From: Candidatus Omnitrophota bacterium
Lineage (GTDB): Bacteria; Omnitrophota; Gorgyraeia; Gygaellales; Profunditerraquicolaceae
Direction of reading: 5' to 3'
NCBI GenBank assembly: GCA_026387435.1
Contig: JAPLLS010000093.1
Span: forward strand, 1,059 to 65,058
Length of the DNA stretch: 64,000 nucleotides
Shown here: positions 1 through 9,266 of the stretch, piece by piece
How positions within the stretch are numbered: the stretch's first letter is position 1
Layout of the letters: the number at the start of each line of letters is the position of its first letter
Position numbers and translations under genes: made by a program
The notes under the pieces: model-generated
Databases searched by the model: none
What the model was told of the DNA's origin: nothing
The model's input: only the letters and a program-made list of their open reading frames with translations

Positions 1-971
1 ATGAGCCGCATGCTGCCGCGGACATTTTTAAAAATAAATACGGCGACTGTAAAGATCAGGCCGTGCTCTTAGTAGCCATGTTAAACAGCGCCGGATTCCA
101 GGCCCGGCCCGTTCTTATCGGAACCAGAGATGCCTATAATCTTGACGAGAATTTTCCCAACATGCTTTTTAATCACGCCATCGCCGCGGTGATCTTCGAA
201 GGCAGGACGATTTTTCTCGATGCCACCGCCGAAACCTGCTCCTTCGGCGATTTACCTGCGGGAGATCAGGAAAGAAAAGTCCTGATGTGTTCGCAGGAAG
301 GCTACAAGATCGAAACTACGCCGCTTTATCCGGCCGGGCATAATCTTGTCCGTCAGGTAGCCGATATAAATATCAATGATGACGAAAGCATTATTGCCGA
401 TAAATCAGTTTATAGCTTCGGCGTGTATGATCAATCGCAAAGATACTGGTTGCTTTACACCATGCCCGAAGTAGTCAGGGACCAGATCGCGGAAAAAGCC
501 CAGGATGTTTCCATCGGCGCCAAGCTGGAAAGTTACAAGGTGAAAAATCTTAATGACTTGAATAAACCGGTAGAGTTGAATTATAAATTCCGCGGTCCGG
601 AATATCTGGTTCCGGGTGGCAACCTTCGGATCTTGCCGCAGGTTGGCAACTTAGACACGGGCCTTGTGGCCAAAGACAGCCGCAAATACCCCATAGATTT
701 CAATTTTTTGGACATCAAAGAGCTGGAGTTAAATTTACTTTTGCCGGCCAATTTTATGATAAAATATATTCCGGAAAAGATTTCTAAAGACAGCCCCTGG
801 ATGAAGTTTGAAGCCTCTTACAGTTCCGAGGGGAGGAAACTTGTTTTTAAGCAAAAGCTTGAAGTAAAAAAGAATAAAGTTCTCGAGAGCGAGTATCCTG
901 CTTTTAAGGCTTTTTTTGAGGGACTGGCTAAGTCACTCAAGCAGCGTGCGGTACTAGAAAGAAGAAAATGA
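1..971 (+). CDS. Transglutaminase-like domain protein (DUF3858-type C-terminus). The 5' end is cut by the window start.
   Basis: The reading frame is open from nt 3. Its translation begins ...KNKYGDCKDQAVLLVAMLNSAGF, which is the transglutaminase-like catalytic Cys motif (GDCxD). It continues into the 63..971 ORF. Confidence 0.6.
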   Translation, partial: EPHAAADIFKNKYGDCKDQAVLLVAMLNSAGFQARPVLIGTRDAYNLDENFPNMLFNHAIAAVIFEGRTIFLDATAETCSFGDLPAGDQERKVLMCSQEGYKIETTPLYPAGHNLVRQVADININDDESIIADKSVYSFGVYDQSQRYWLLYTMPEVVRDQIAEKAQDVSIGAKLESYKVKNLNDLNKPVELNYKFRGPEYLVPGGNLRILPQVGNLDTGLVAKDSRKYPIDFNFLDIKELELNLLLPANFMIKYIPEKISKDSPWMKFEASYSSEGRKLVFKQKLEVKKNKVLESEYPAFKAFFEGLAKSLKQRAVLERRK

Positions 972-2626
972 TCGAGAAGAGTTTTATCGACGAGCGCAGG
1001 CAATACAAAAGGCTGGATTCGGTTTTTCCCGTTCAGTTCAAGATTGTCAGCCCCGAAGGTAAGACTTTCTTAACGGACTGGATGCAGGGTTTTACCAGTA
1101 ATATCGGTAAGGGCGGCATAGTGAACGGCTACCTGAACATCAAGCTTGTCCAGGGCAACCGGGTGCTCGTGGAGCAGCTGATCAAGATTTTGCAGGACTC
1201 CAGCGTGGCCAAACAAAAGATAAAAGAAATAAACCGGAGTAAAGAAGAATTGCAGCTGAAAATCGACGCGCTGCAATCGCGCATCAAGACCGTAGAGGAG
1301 GAAAAGGTGAGTTGGGCGGCAAAAGCTAAGGCCGAAGAAGATAAATCTATCCTGAGCGCAAAGGAGCTCAGCGTTATCAGCGAGAAGCTGGGCCGGGAAA
1401 AAACAGCCTTGCAGGAACAGCTGATCGGCCTGCAGCGCAAAGAAAGCGTAGTAACCGGGCAGTTGCTGGATCTGGGCCAGAAGAAGTCGGCGTTGGAGAA
1501 AGCCAATTTCGATAAGATGTACCGCTGGCTGGTCGTTCATCAAAATCACCATACCGGGCTTCTAATGAGCTTTGAGGGGGACAGCGAGGTGGCTGACTGG
1601 GCTTTTATTTACGACCAGTCGCTGGCCTTGCAGGCTTATGTTAATTCCCTGGATTTTGAGCGCGCCAAACTGATGCTGGAATTCTTTAGCCGCAAAGCTA
1701 AAAAAGTCGACGGGCTTTTTGTCAACGCTTATTACGCGGATGACGGTAATCCCGCTGAATACATTGTGCATAGCGGACCGAATATCTGGCTGGGCTTAGC
1801 TATTTGCCAGTATACCAAAAAGACCGGCGATAATAAATATTTGCGCCTGGCGGAAGAGATAGCCCAGAATATAATCGGCCTACAGGCGCAGGATAAGGAA
1901 GGGGGATTGCGCGGCGGGCCCAGAGTGGAGTGGTATTCCACCGAGCATAACCTTGACGATTACGCTTTTTTCAATATGCTTTATAAAATCACCGCCAAAA
2001 ATGTTTATCAGCAAGCCCGGGATAATATCCTCAACTGGCTGGTCAGCCATACCTACGATAAAACAAATACTTCCATCAAACGCGGCAAGGGAGATTCGAC
2101 GATCGCCACGGATACCTATGCCTGGTCGATCGCGGCCATCGGCCCCAAGAAATTAAGTGAACTGGGAATGAACCCCGACAAGATCCTTGAGTTCGCCGAA
2201 GAGAATTGCGCGGTGGAAGTTGCTTTTGTCAGGCCCGAAGGGAAAAGTGTCAATGTCCGGGGTTTTGACTTCGCGGCCAAGAACCATATAGCCCGCGGCG
2301 GAGTGGTTTCTTCGGAATGGACCGCTCAAATGATCATGGCTTTCAAGATCATGGCCAGATATTACCATGAAAAAGGCCTGGACAATAAAGCCGTAAGCTA
2401 TGAAGAGAAAGCCGACGACTATATGTCGCAGCTTTGCAATATGATCATTTCCAGCCCTTCGCCTTCGGGCCAGGGCGCGGGCTGCTTGCCTTACGCCAGC
2501 ATTGATTTTGTAGATACCGGGCATGGTTGGATGACCCCTAAAGGACAAGCTACGGGTTCGGTTTCCGGGACTGCGTATGCTTTATTCGCGTATTATAATT
2601 ATAACCCTTTAGAGCTCAAAGAATAA
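968..2626 (+). CDS. PilZ domain protein with a coiled-coil segment and a C-terminal (alpha/alpha)6-barrel glycoside-hydrolase-like domain.
   Basis: The N-terminus RRQYKRLDSVFPVQFKI...TSNIGKGGI matches the PilZ RxxxR/DxSxGG pattern. The middle is a heptad-rich EELQLKIDALQ... segment. The C-terminal half resembles a six-hairpin glycosidase-like fold; this is a weak call. Confidence 0.55.
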   Translation: MIEKSFIDERRQYKRLDSVFPVQFKIVSPEGKTFLTDWMQGFTSNIGKGGIVNGYLNIKLVQGNRVLVEQLIKILQDSSVAKQKIKEINRSKEELQLKIDALQSRIKTVEEEKVSWAAKAKAEEDKSILSAKELSVISEKLGREKTALQEQLIGLQRKESVVTGQLLDLGQKKSALEKANFDKMYRWLVVHQNHHTGLLMSFEGDSEVADWAFIYDQSLALQAYVNSLDFERAKLMLEFFSRKAKKVDGLFVNAYYADDGNPAEYIVHSGPNIWLGLAICQYTKKTGDNKYLRLAEEIAQNIIGLQAQDKEGGLRGGPRVEWYSTEHNLDDYAFFNMLYKITAKNVYQQARDNILNWLVSHTYDKTNTSIKRGKGDSTIATDTYAWSIAAIGPKKLSELGMNPDKILEFAEENCAVEVAFVRPEGKSVNVRGFDFAAKNHIARGGVVSSEWTAQMIMAFKIMARYYHEKGLDNKAVSYEEKADDYMSQLCNMIISSPSPSGQGAGCLPYASIDFVDTGHGWMTPKGQATGSVSGTAYALFAYYNYNPLELKE

Positions 2627-2633
2627 ACAAAGA

Positions 2634-5477
2634 ATGAAAACCACCTGTTTTAGATCCTCATGGCCTGGATTCTGGGCGGGGATATTATTTTCACTATCAA
2701 TTGTTTTTTTTACTAAATGCTCGTTTGCTTCTGAATTGCCCCGCTACGATATCGCGGCATCCCTGGATGCTCAAAATCACAGCCTAAAAGCCAAAGAGAA
2801 GGTAGTTTTTACCAACAACTCCGATGTTCCGGTCAACGAAATATTTTTCCATATTTATCCCCACCGCCAATATACCAAAAAAGAGATAAAATTCATGTAT
2901 CAATATTCCGGGTATATTAAGGTTAATCTTTTTCCGGAAGGATTCCAAAGCGGCGATTTGAAGATCAATTCCGCTCAAAGCGCCGGCAAGCCCCTTACCT
3001 ATATAATAGAGGGCGATGATCAAACGATTTTGAAGGTTAAGCTGGATTCCGGATTGAACCCCGGGGAGTCCCGGGAGATCGAGATCGATTTTAGCCTGGA
3101 TATTCCCCATTGCTGGAACAGATTGGGATACCATCGGGATATTATTACCTTGACCCGCTGGTATCCTATTTTAAGCGTTCTGGATAAATCCGGGTGGCAT
3201 AATTATCCGTTTTACATCTATCATCAGCCGTTCTTTAGCGATGCCGCATACTATAAGCTGGAACTGACTTTACCCAAGGAGCAAAAATTAGCCTGCGGGG
3301 CTTATTTAAAAACCGAAACTTTAAATCCCGACAACACCAAAACTTTAGTTTTGGAAAATGAAGCGCCGATGCGCGATCTGGGTTTGGCTATTTCTGCGAA
3401 CTTCCAGGTTTTTTCTTTAAACCAGGACAATTTCCGGATCAATGTTTTTTATCCCCAAGGCGAGCTTAAATTTGCCCGGGAAGCTGCCAATAACGCTGCC
3501 GCGGCGATGAAATTTTACGGCCAGCGTTTTGGAGCCTATCCTTATAAAGAATTCACTATAGCCCCCAGCTACCTGGGGTTCGGCGGAGATCAGTCTTCCG
3601 GGATGATCTTTATCGATGTCCGGATGTTCCGGCTGCCAAGGTTTCTTTGCCGCTATTCTGATTTCATGATCGCCCATGAAACCGGACATCAATGGTTCTA
3701 TAACATCGTCGGCTCGGACGAATACAAAGAGATGTTTCTTGACGAAGGAGTGAATTCGTATTGGCTCCTGCGCCACCTGGAGGATAAGTACGGTTATAAC
3801 GCTCAGGTGATGGGCTTACCTAAAAGCTTGGTCTGGCTGGTTCCGAACTTTTCTTTCCGGGATTCCACCGCCAGCCGTTACATCTACCTGGCCAAGAACG
3901 GCTACGACCGGCCGGTGATCGGCGAGCTTTCCAGTTTCAAAGAACCTTCTTCGATCTTTGCCCTGGCTTATGGAAAAGGTTCTGCGTTCTTAAGCATGTT
4001 GGAAGCCCAGGTCGGCAAAGATGTCTTTGATCGGATCATGATCCATTACGCCCGGGAGTTTCGTTTCAAAAACGCCAGCCTTGACGATTTTATCCGGATT
4101 TGCCGGGAAGAATCCCGGCAAAAGCTGGATGAGTTCTTCCGCCAGTGGCTTAAGACCTCCCGGAGCTGCGATTTCGCGGTTAAATCCGTGCAGCCGGGCA
4201 AAGTTATCCTTGAAAACCGGGGCGACCTTCAAATGCCGGTAAAGACCCAAGTGGTCTTGAATGACGGGACCGAAGTCATCGATCAGTGGACGGGAGAAGA
4301 TAAATTCCGCGAGATAGCTATTCCTAAAGATAAAACAACAAAAGAAGTAAATATTGATCCGGATAAAATCATTGATTTGGACCTTGACCGCACCAATAAC
4401 CATTGGCCCAAAAAATTCAGGTTTAAACCGGTGTCGATATATTTTTTCCCCTGGGAGCTTTCAATTTTTCAAGATAGGGACGCTTACAATGCAGCGGCCG
4501 GGCCTTCTTTAGGCGGCTCTTCAATAGGCGCGGCCGCTTCAGCTCAAAAACCGTACGACCAGGTTATCCGGGCAAGTTCGGCCTATGATTTTAGCGGCAA
4601 GGCAGTGGACTCTAAACTGGGATATGAACTCGACCATATTTTGGGCCGGCATAACAGCCTGGGTTTTGAGATTTTTGATTACGATTCCAGCAAAGATGGT
4701 TTTGACGTTGCCGGAGGTAAGCTTTACTGGCGCAAGGAGCTTTGGCCGGCAGCTTACGGTATTTTCGATGTCAATGACCATGTAACTTTTTATCTAGTTA
4801 AAGACCGTAAATTAGACTCGACTGCGACTTTAAACGGCCAGGAATCCATAACCAACCTTAAGTACGCCAAAAAAGACGAGTCTATATTGGGGATAACCGG
4901 CTCGATGAACAGGTGCGGTCCTTCTTTTGACCCGGATTACGGCTGGAAATTCCTGCCTACGCAGGAATTTTCAGGACATTTTTTAGGCGGCAATCAGTCT
5001 TTTTGGCGGTCAAGCGCCGAGTTGGAAAATTATTATTTGGCCCTTCCCCGTTACCAGCAGAAGCTGGCCAGCCGGATCAAGGTTGGCCTGGGCGGACAAT
5101 TCGACAAGAATCTTTTCCAAATAGGCGGATGGGAAGGTTTGCGCGGCTACGATTTTAAGAGTATCGACGGATCGCGGATGATCCTGGGGAGCCTGGAATA
5201 CCGTTTTCCGGTCCTCGGTGACCTTAAATTTTATTTCCTGGATAATATTTTTTGTTTGAACAAGATCCAGGGCGTGGTTTTTTTTGACGCTGGCAAAGCC
5301 TGGTATTCTGATTTCTCGGCCAGGAATTTCAAGAAAGACGTCGGGTTGGGGCTGAGGATACATCTGGGCGCAGTAGGAATTCTGGAAAAAGCGGTTTTAC
5401 GCCTGGATGTTGCCCGGGCCATCAACGAGCCCAAAGAGGATCCGCATATCTGGGCGGGGATAAACCAGTCTTTTTAA
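2634..5477 (+). CDS. M1-family zinc metallopeptidase domain fused to a C-terminal Omp85/BamA-type (bacterial surface antigen) beta-barrel.
   Basis: An N-terminal signal peptide is present. The motif HETGHQWFYNIVGSDEYKEMFLDEG is HExxH-x18-E. The C-terminus GLRGYDFKS...LGSLEYRFPV...GLGLRIHLG...AGINQSF ends in an aromatic residue, as Omp85 barrels do. Confidence 0.65.
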   Translation: MKTTCFRSSWPGFWAGILFSLSIVFFTKCSFASELPRYDIAASLDAQNHSLKAKEKVVFTNNSDVPVNEIFFHIYPHRQYTKKEIKFMYQYSGYIKVNLFPEGFQSGDLKINSAQSAGKPLTYIIEGDDQTILKVKLDSGLNPGESREIEIDFSLDIPHCWNRLGYHRDIITLTRWYPILSVLDKSGWHNYPFYIYHQPFFSDAAYYKLELTLPKEQKLACGAYLKTETLNPDNTKTLVLENEAPMRDLGLAISANFQVFSLNQDNFRINVFYPQGELKFAREAANNAAAAMKFYGQRFGAYPYKEFTIAPSYLGFGGDQSSGMIFIDVRMFRLPRFLCRYSDFMIAHETGHQWFYNIVGSDEYKEMFLDEGVNSYWLLRHLEDKYGYNAQVMGLPKSLVWLVPNFSFRDSTASRYIYLAKNGYDRPVIGELSSFKEPSSIFALAYGKGSAFLSMLEAQVGKDVFDRIMIHYAREFRFKNASLDDFIRICREESRQKLDEFFRQWLKTSRSCDFAVKSVQPGKVILENRGDLQMPVKTQVVLNDGTEVIDQWTGEDKFREIAIPKDKTTKEVNIDPDKIIDLDLDRTNNHWPKKFRFKPVSIYFFPWELSIFQDRDAYNAAAGPSLGGSSIGAAASAQKPYDQVIRASSAYDFSGKAVDSKLGYELDHILGRHNSLGFEIFDYDSSKDGFDVAGGKLYWRKELWPAAYGIFDVNDHVTFYLVKDRKLDSTATLNGQESITNLKYAKKDESILGITGSMNRCGPSFDPDYGWKFLPTQEFSGHFLGGNQSFWRSSAELENYYLALPRYQQKLASRIKVGLGGQFDKNLFQIGGWEGLRGYDFKSIDGSRMILGSLEYRFPVLGDLKFYFLDNIFCLNKIQGVVFFDAGKAWYSDFSARNFKKDVGLGLRIHLGAVGILEKAVLRLDVARAINEPKEDPHIWAGINQSF

Positions 5478-5568
5478 CAAGACCTCACAGGGATTTGTGA
5501 TTGCCGGAGATTAAAAGCCGGGTATTGTGTTGACAGGGAAAGTGTTTTGTGCCAGAATAATTCCCGCG

Positions 5569-6696
5569 ATGATAAACAAAAGACGTTTAATAAAATTAAC
5601 TCAAGACCTGATCCGGATCGATTCCCAGAATCCGAATGGTAATGAGTATGAGATCGCTCGTTGGGTTAAAACCTACTTGGGTAGAATCGGAATTCCGGCC
5701 CGGTTATATGAGTTCAGGCCGAAACGGACCAATGTTGTGGCCACAATGGCCGGACAAGACAAAACTAAATCCTTGTTGATTACCCCTCATTTGGATACTG
5801 TGCCGGCCGGATCGGCCTGGAAATTCGATCCTTTTGCGGGGAAGATCAAAGGCGCAAAAATGTACGGGCTGGGCGCCACTGATTGTAAGGGTAATCTTGC
5901 TTGTGCCCTGGAAGTCATCAACAGTTTGGTCGAAGAAAAAATAAAACTGGGGTATGATCTGGTTTTCGCAGCTACTGCCAATGAGGAATCCGGCTCGGAA
6001 TTCGGGCTGATCGCTCTTCTGGATAAAGGGATACTCAAGCCCACGGCGGCAATGGTCCTGGACGCGGACGATTTCGAGGTTGTGGTCACTCAAAAGGGCT
6101 TGATCCATCTTAAAATAATAATCAGGGGGATCAAGGCTCACGGAGCCTATCCCTGGCTGGGGGTAAATGCTATCGACATCGCTCTGAAGGTCCTGGCCGA
6201 GTTAAAGTGCATGAAATCACGCTTTAGTCCAAATAAGTTCCTTAAGCCGCCGACCATGAACATCGGCACTATTAGGGGAGGGGACAAAGTCAACGTCGTT
6301 GCGGATCGCTGCGAGTTTGAACTGGATTTCCGCTACCTGCCCGGCATGTCCGCCGATACTTTATTGAAAGCTATCAGAAAGATCACGGCCAAGCACGCGA
6401 AAAAATTTGCGATAGAAATTGACGGGGTCCAGAAACCTTATGATATTTGCCCGGACCATCCGATGGTTCTTGGTTTACAGAACGCCGGGAAAAAATTCAA
6501 AGTAACTTGCCCGGTTCGGGGTTCTGAGGGGGCAACGGTTATTACTTTCTTCCAGGATAAATCAATTCCGGCGATCGCCACCGGTTTCGGCTCCGAAGGA
6601 ATGGCGCACATGGCCGATGAATACGTATTGGTCGACAACCTTTATAAAGGCAGCCTTGTTCTGGAAGAGTTTCTGAAAAATTACAAATTTTCTTAG
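5569..6696 (+). CDS. M20-family peptidase (ArgE/DapE-like deacylase).
   Basis: HLDTVPAG...WKFDPF, GLGATDCKGNLA and the EESGSEFG metal-binding motifs. The start is chosen at MINKRRL. The ORF track begins earlier at GTG 5527, inside a TTGACA-containing promoter-like sequence. Confidence 0.7.
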   Translation: MINKRRLIKLTQDLIRIDSQNPNGNEYEIARWVKTYLGRIGIPARLYEFRPKRTNVVATMAGQDKTKSLLITPHLDTVPAGSAWKFDPFAGKIKGAKMYGLGATDCKGNLACALEVINSLVEEKIKLGYDLVFAATANEESGSEFGLIALLDKGILKPTAAMVLDADDFEVVVTQKGLIHLKIIIRGIKAHGAYPWLGVNAIDIALKVLAELKCMKSRFSPNKFLKPPTMNIGTIRGGDKVNVVADRCEFELDFRYLPGMSADTLLKAIRKITAKHAKKFAIEIDGVQKPYDICPDHPMVLGLQNAGKKFKVTCPVRGSEGATVITFFQDKSIPAIATGFGSEGMAHMADEYVLVDNLYKGSLVLEEFLKNYKFS

Positions 6697-6755
6697 ATAT
6701 AAAAGTAATTTGTGTTAAAATTTATCTGGAAACCCAAGTTAAAAAGAGGAATAAA

Positions 6756-7721
6756 ATGGAACGCATAAAATTTTCCCGCAAACCCAGATTGAAAAACCCC
6801 TATTTGATCGTCGCCTGGCCCGGCATGGGCGAAGTGGCTTTTAAGGCTGCGAGTTTCCTGTTGGATAAACTTAAGGCCGAGGAATTCGCTGAGATCCTTG
6901 CCAACGAGTTCTTTTACTTGTCCGAAAGCGTGGTTCAAGACGGGATACTCAGCCTTCCTGAAATGCCTTTTAACAAGTTTTATTTCGCTAAATTGAAAAA
7001 CGCGAAAAATGACCTAATCATATTTTTAAGCGACGCCCAGCCTGACCTGACCAAAGCCGAGGAGTATTGTAACAGCATTATTGCCTTGGCCAAAAAGTAT
7101 AAGGTTAAAGAAGTGATCAGCTTTGCGGCCATGCCTCAGCCCGTAGACCACAGCCAGCAGCCCGGCGTCTGGTTTACTTCTACATCCATTCCTATCAACG
7201 AGCGATTGAAAAGTCTGGATCTCCGGCCTCTGACCGATGGCCAGATCAGCGGCCTTAACGGACTGTTCCTGGGTTTGGCTAAGAAAGCGGGTTTTGGCGG
7301 ATTTTGCCTTTTGGGGGAGATACCGCTTTATACCATACAGATCGAGAATCCTAAAGCTTCTTTTGCCGTGCTGGAGAGCCTCAAGAAGGTCATCGCCTTT
7401 GAGGTTGATTTATCCGAATTGCTCGATCAGGCCCATGTTATGGAAGAGCAAATCAACAGCCTTCTGGATCACCTGAAATCCGGTCCGACCCCCGGCCCTA
7501 TCGGCGAAGAAGAGATCGAAAAGATAAAGAAGACCCTCAGCCAGCTTACCAAGCTTCCTTTGTCGGTCAAGGAGAAGATCGAGAAGATGTTTATTCAGGC
7601 CAATAGCGATATCGCTAAGGCCCATGAATTAAAATCCGAGCTTGATAAATGGAGCGTTTATAAGGAGTACGAAGACAGGTTCCTCGATCTTTTTAAAAAA
7701 GCCAAAAACCAGAACAATTAG
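6756..7721 (+). CDS. PAC2-family (proteasome assembly chaperone-like) protein.
   Basis: The N-terminal NPYLIVAWPGMGEVAFKAASFLLDKL matches the PAC2 GxPGxGxVG signature. Confidence 0.5.
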   Translation: MERIKFSRKPRLKNPYLIVAWPGMGEVAFKAASFLLDKLKAEEFAEILANEFFYLSESVVQDGILSLPEMPFNKFYFAKLKNAKNDLIIFLSDAQPDLTKAEEYCNSIIALAKKYKVKEVISFAAMPQPVDHSQQPGVWFTSTSIPINERLKSLDLRPLTDGQISGLNGLFLGLAKKAGFGGFCLLGEIPLYTIQIENPKASFAVLESLKKVIAFEVDLSELLDQAHVMEEQINSLLDHLKSGPTPGPIGEEEIEKIKKTLSQLTKLPLSVKEKIEKMFIQANSDIAKAHELKSELDKWSVYKEYEDRFLDLFKKAKNQNN

Positions 7722-8344
7722 TGAATAACCAAATTAAAGTGATCGTTTTCGATCTGGGAAGGGTTTTGATCGATTTCGACCATCAGATCGCCGCGAAAAA
7801 GATCGCCGAGCTTACCCGAAAAGATCCCCAGCAAATCTTTGATCTTTTTTTCGATTCCCAGCTTATCCAGTCTTTTGAAAGAGGCAAGATCTCCGCCGAG
7901 GATTTTTTCGCAAGCGTATGCCGGCTGCTCGGCCTGCAGTTGAGTTTTGAGCAGTTCCTTTCGATCTGGAACCAGATTTTTTTCCTTTCCGAGGAGAACA
8001 AATCGGTCTACGCCCTGGGGAAAAGTCTTAAGAAAAACCTTCGCCTGGCTTTACTTTCCAATATCAACGCCCTGCATTTCGCTTATCTTAAGCTGAATTT
8101 TCCCGTCTTCGACATATTTAACGATATTTTCGCCTCCTGCGAGATGGGTTTTATCAAGCCCGAACCTGAGATTTATCGCCGGGTTATTTCTTCTTTAGGA
8201 GTCCTGCCTGAGGAGATTTTCTATGTAGACGACCGGCCGGAGTTGATCGAAGCGGCTTTAAAACTCGGCATCCGCGGTTTTGTTTTTAAAGGGGCCAACC
8301 AGCTTAAAATCGACCTGGTTTCTTGCGGCATTAACTTCCGATGA
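7721..8344 (+). CDS. HAD-family hydrolase.
   Basis: Motif I IKVIVFDLGRVLIDFD at the N-terminus and a C-terminal DDRPE motif. Confidence 0.65.
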   Translation: MNNQIKVIVFDLGRVLIDFDHQIAAKKIAELTRKDPQQIFDLFFDSQLIQSFERGKISAEDFFASVCRLLGLQLSFEQFLSIWNQIFFLSEENKSVYALGKSLKKNLRLALLSNINALHFAYLKLNFPVFDIFNDIFASCEMGFIKPEPEIYRRVISSLGVLPEEIFYVDDRPELIEAALKLGIRGFVFKGANQLKIDLVSCGINFR

Positions 8345-9075
8345 AAAGTCTCAAATATCAAAAAAGATTTTACCGAAAGTGGTACTATCCCCGGGATCTG
8401 TTTTCTAAGATTGTCGTTTTCCGGGAAACCGATCTGCAGATCCTCTGCGATAAGCTGATCGAAGCGGATTATGTTCTTGCCCGGGTCGAGAAATACCGCC
8501 GGCAGATCGAGCTGTATATTTGCAGAGACGAAAAGTTCCTGAGTTCTTTGAAACCCCTAACAGTAGAATTAACCGCGCCGATGATCGTTCGGGAAATGGC
8601 TGCAAGTTCCCGGAAAGCCAATGTCGGCCCCATGGCCGCGGTTGCCGGAGCTATTGCGGAGTATATCGGAAAGGATCTTTTGCGCAAAGGGGCAAAAACA
8701 GTGATTATTGAAAACGGGGGGGATATTTTCTTGAAAACCGAGCGTCCGGTCAAAGTTGGCTTATTCGCCGGCAAGACAAAGTTGTTAAGCCGATTGAAGT
8801 TAAAAATAAAGCCTCAGGATACCCCTTTAGGGATTTGCGCTTCTTCCGGGACGATCGGACATTCTTTGAGTTTCGGCTACGCCGACTGTGTGGTGATCAT
8901 AGCCCAAAATGCGCTTCTTGCCGACGCCACAGCTACCGCAACCGCCAACCGGGTCCGGGATAAAAAAGATCTGGAATCCGCCGTTAAATTCGCCCGCTCA
9001 ATAAAAGGTATAAGGGGTGTAGCGATTATTTTAAAAAATAATCTTGCCAGCTGGGGGGAAATCGAATTTGTTTAA
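8341..9075 (+). CDS. UPF0280/ApbE-related family protein.
   Basis: GPMAAVAGAIAEYIG...IENGGDIFL and ICASSGTIGHSLSFGYADCVVI resemble the UPF0280 family. This is recalled from memory, not searched. Confidence 0.35.
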   Translation: MKSLKYQKRFYRKWYYPRDLFSKIVVFRETDLQILCDKLIEADYVLARVEKYRRQIELYICRDEKFLSSLKPLTVELTAPMIVREMAASSRKANVGPMAAVAGAIAEYIGKDLLRKGAKTVIIENGGDIFLKTERPVKVGLFAGKTKLLSRLKLKIKPQDTPLGICASSGTIGHSLSFGYADCVVIIAQNALLADATATATANRVRDKKDLESAVKFARSIKGIRGVAIILKNNLASWGEIEFV

Positions 9076-9231
9076 AATTTTTAAAAAAATTATTTTAAAA
9101 AACCATTTTTCCGACGAGAGAAAACTCTTGACAAAAAGCGCAGTTATGGCAAAATTTACATTGTAATCAAGGTAACTTTAAGTAATTTTATGGAGGTTAG
9201 AGTACAAAATTGAAAAACTAAGGAAGTTTTT

Positions 9232-9264
9232 AAAGGCTCTGGTAATTCAAAGGAGCCTTTTTTT
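9232..9264 (+). promoter_or_regulatory. Leader hairpin that sequesters the Shine-Dalgarno sequence, followed by a U-run, immediately upstream of the ATP-grasp/kamA operon.
   Basis: The 5' arm aaaggctc (9232-9239) pairs with gagccttt (9253-9260) over 8 bp, with a 13-nt loop. The 3' arm contains the aaggag Shine-Dalgarno sequence, 11 nt before GTG 9267. A 7-T run follows at 9258-9264. Confidence 0.4.
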
Positions 9265-9266
9265 GT

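Noticed and set aside
5527-5568. Upstream GTG start (track coordinates) for the M20 peptidase.
   Set aside because: The extension would begin inside a TTGACA-17-nt promoter-like sequence and adds a non-conserved MLTGKVFCARIIPA leader. ATG 5569 (MINKRRL...) matches the usual start of ArgE/DapE-like proteins. This is kept as an alternative only.
9076-9266. Lysine (L-box) riboswitch ahead of the kamA operon.
   Set aside because: The leader is only about 150 nt. I could not find the multi-helix L-box architecture or its conserved junction motifs. Only a single Shine-Dalgarno-sequestering hairpin is evident. It is reported as a generic attenuator-like leader instead.
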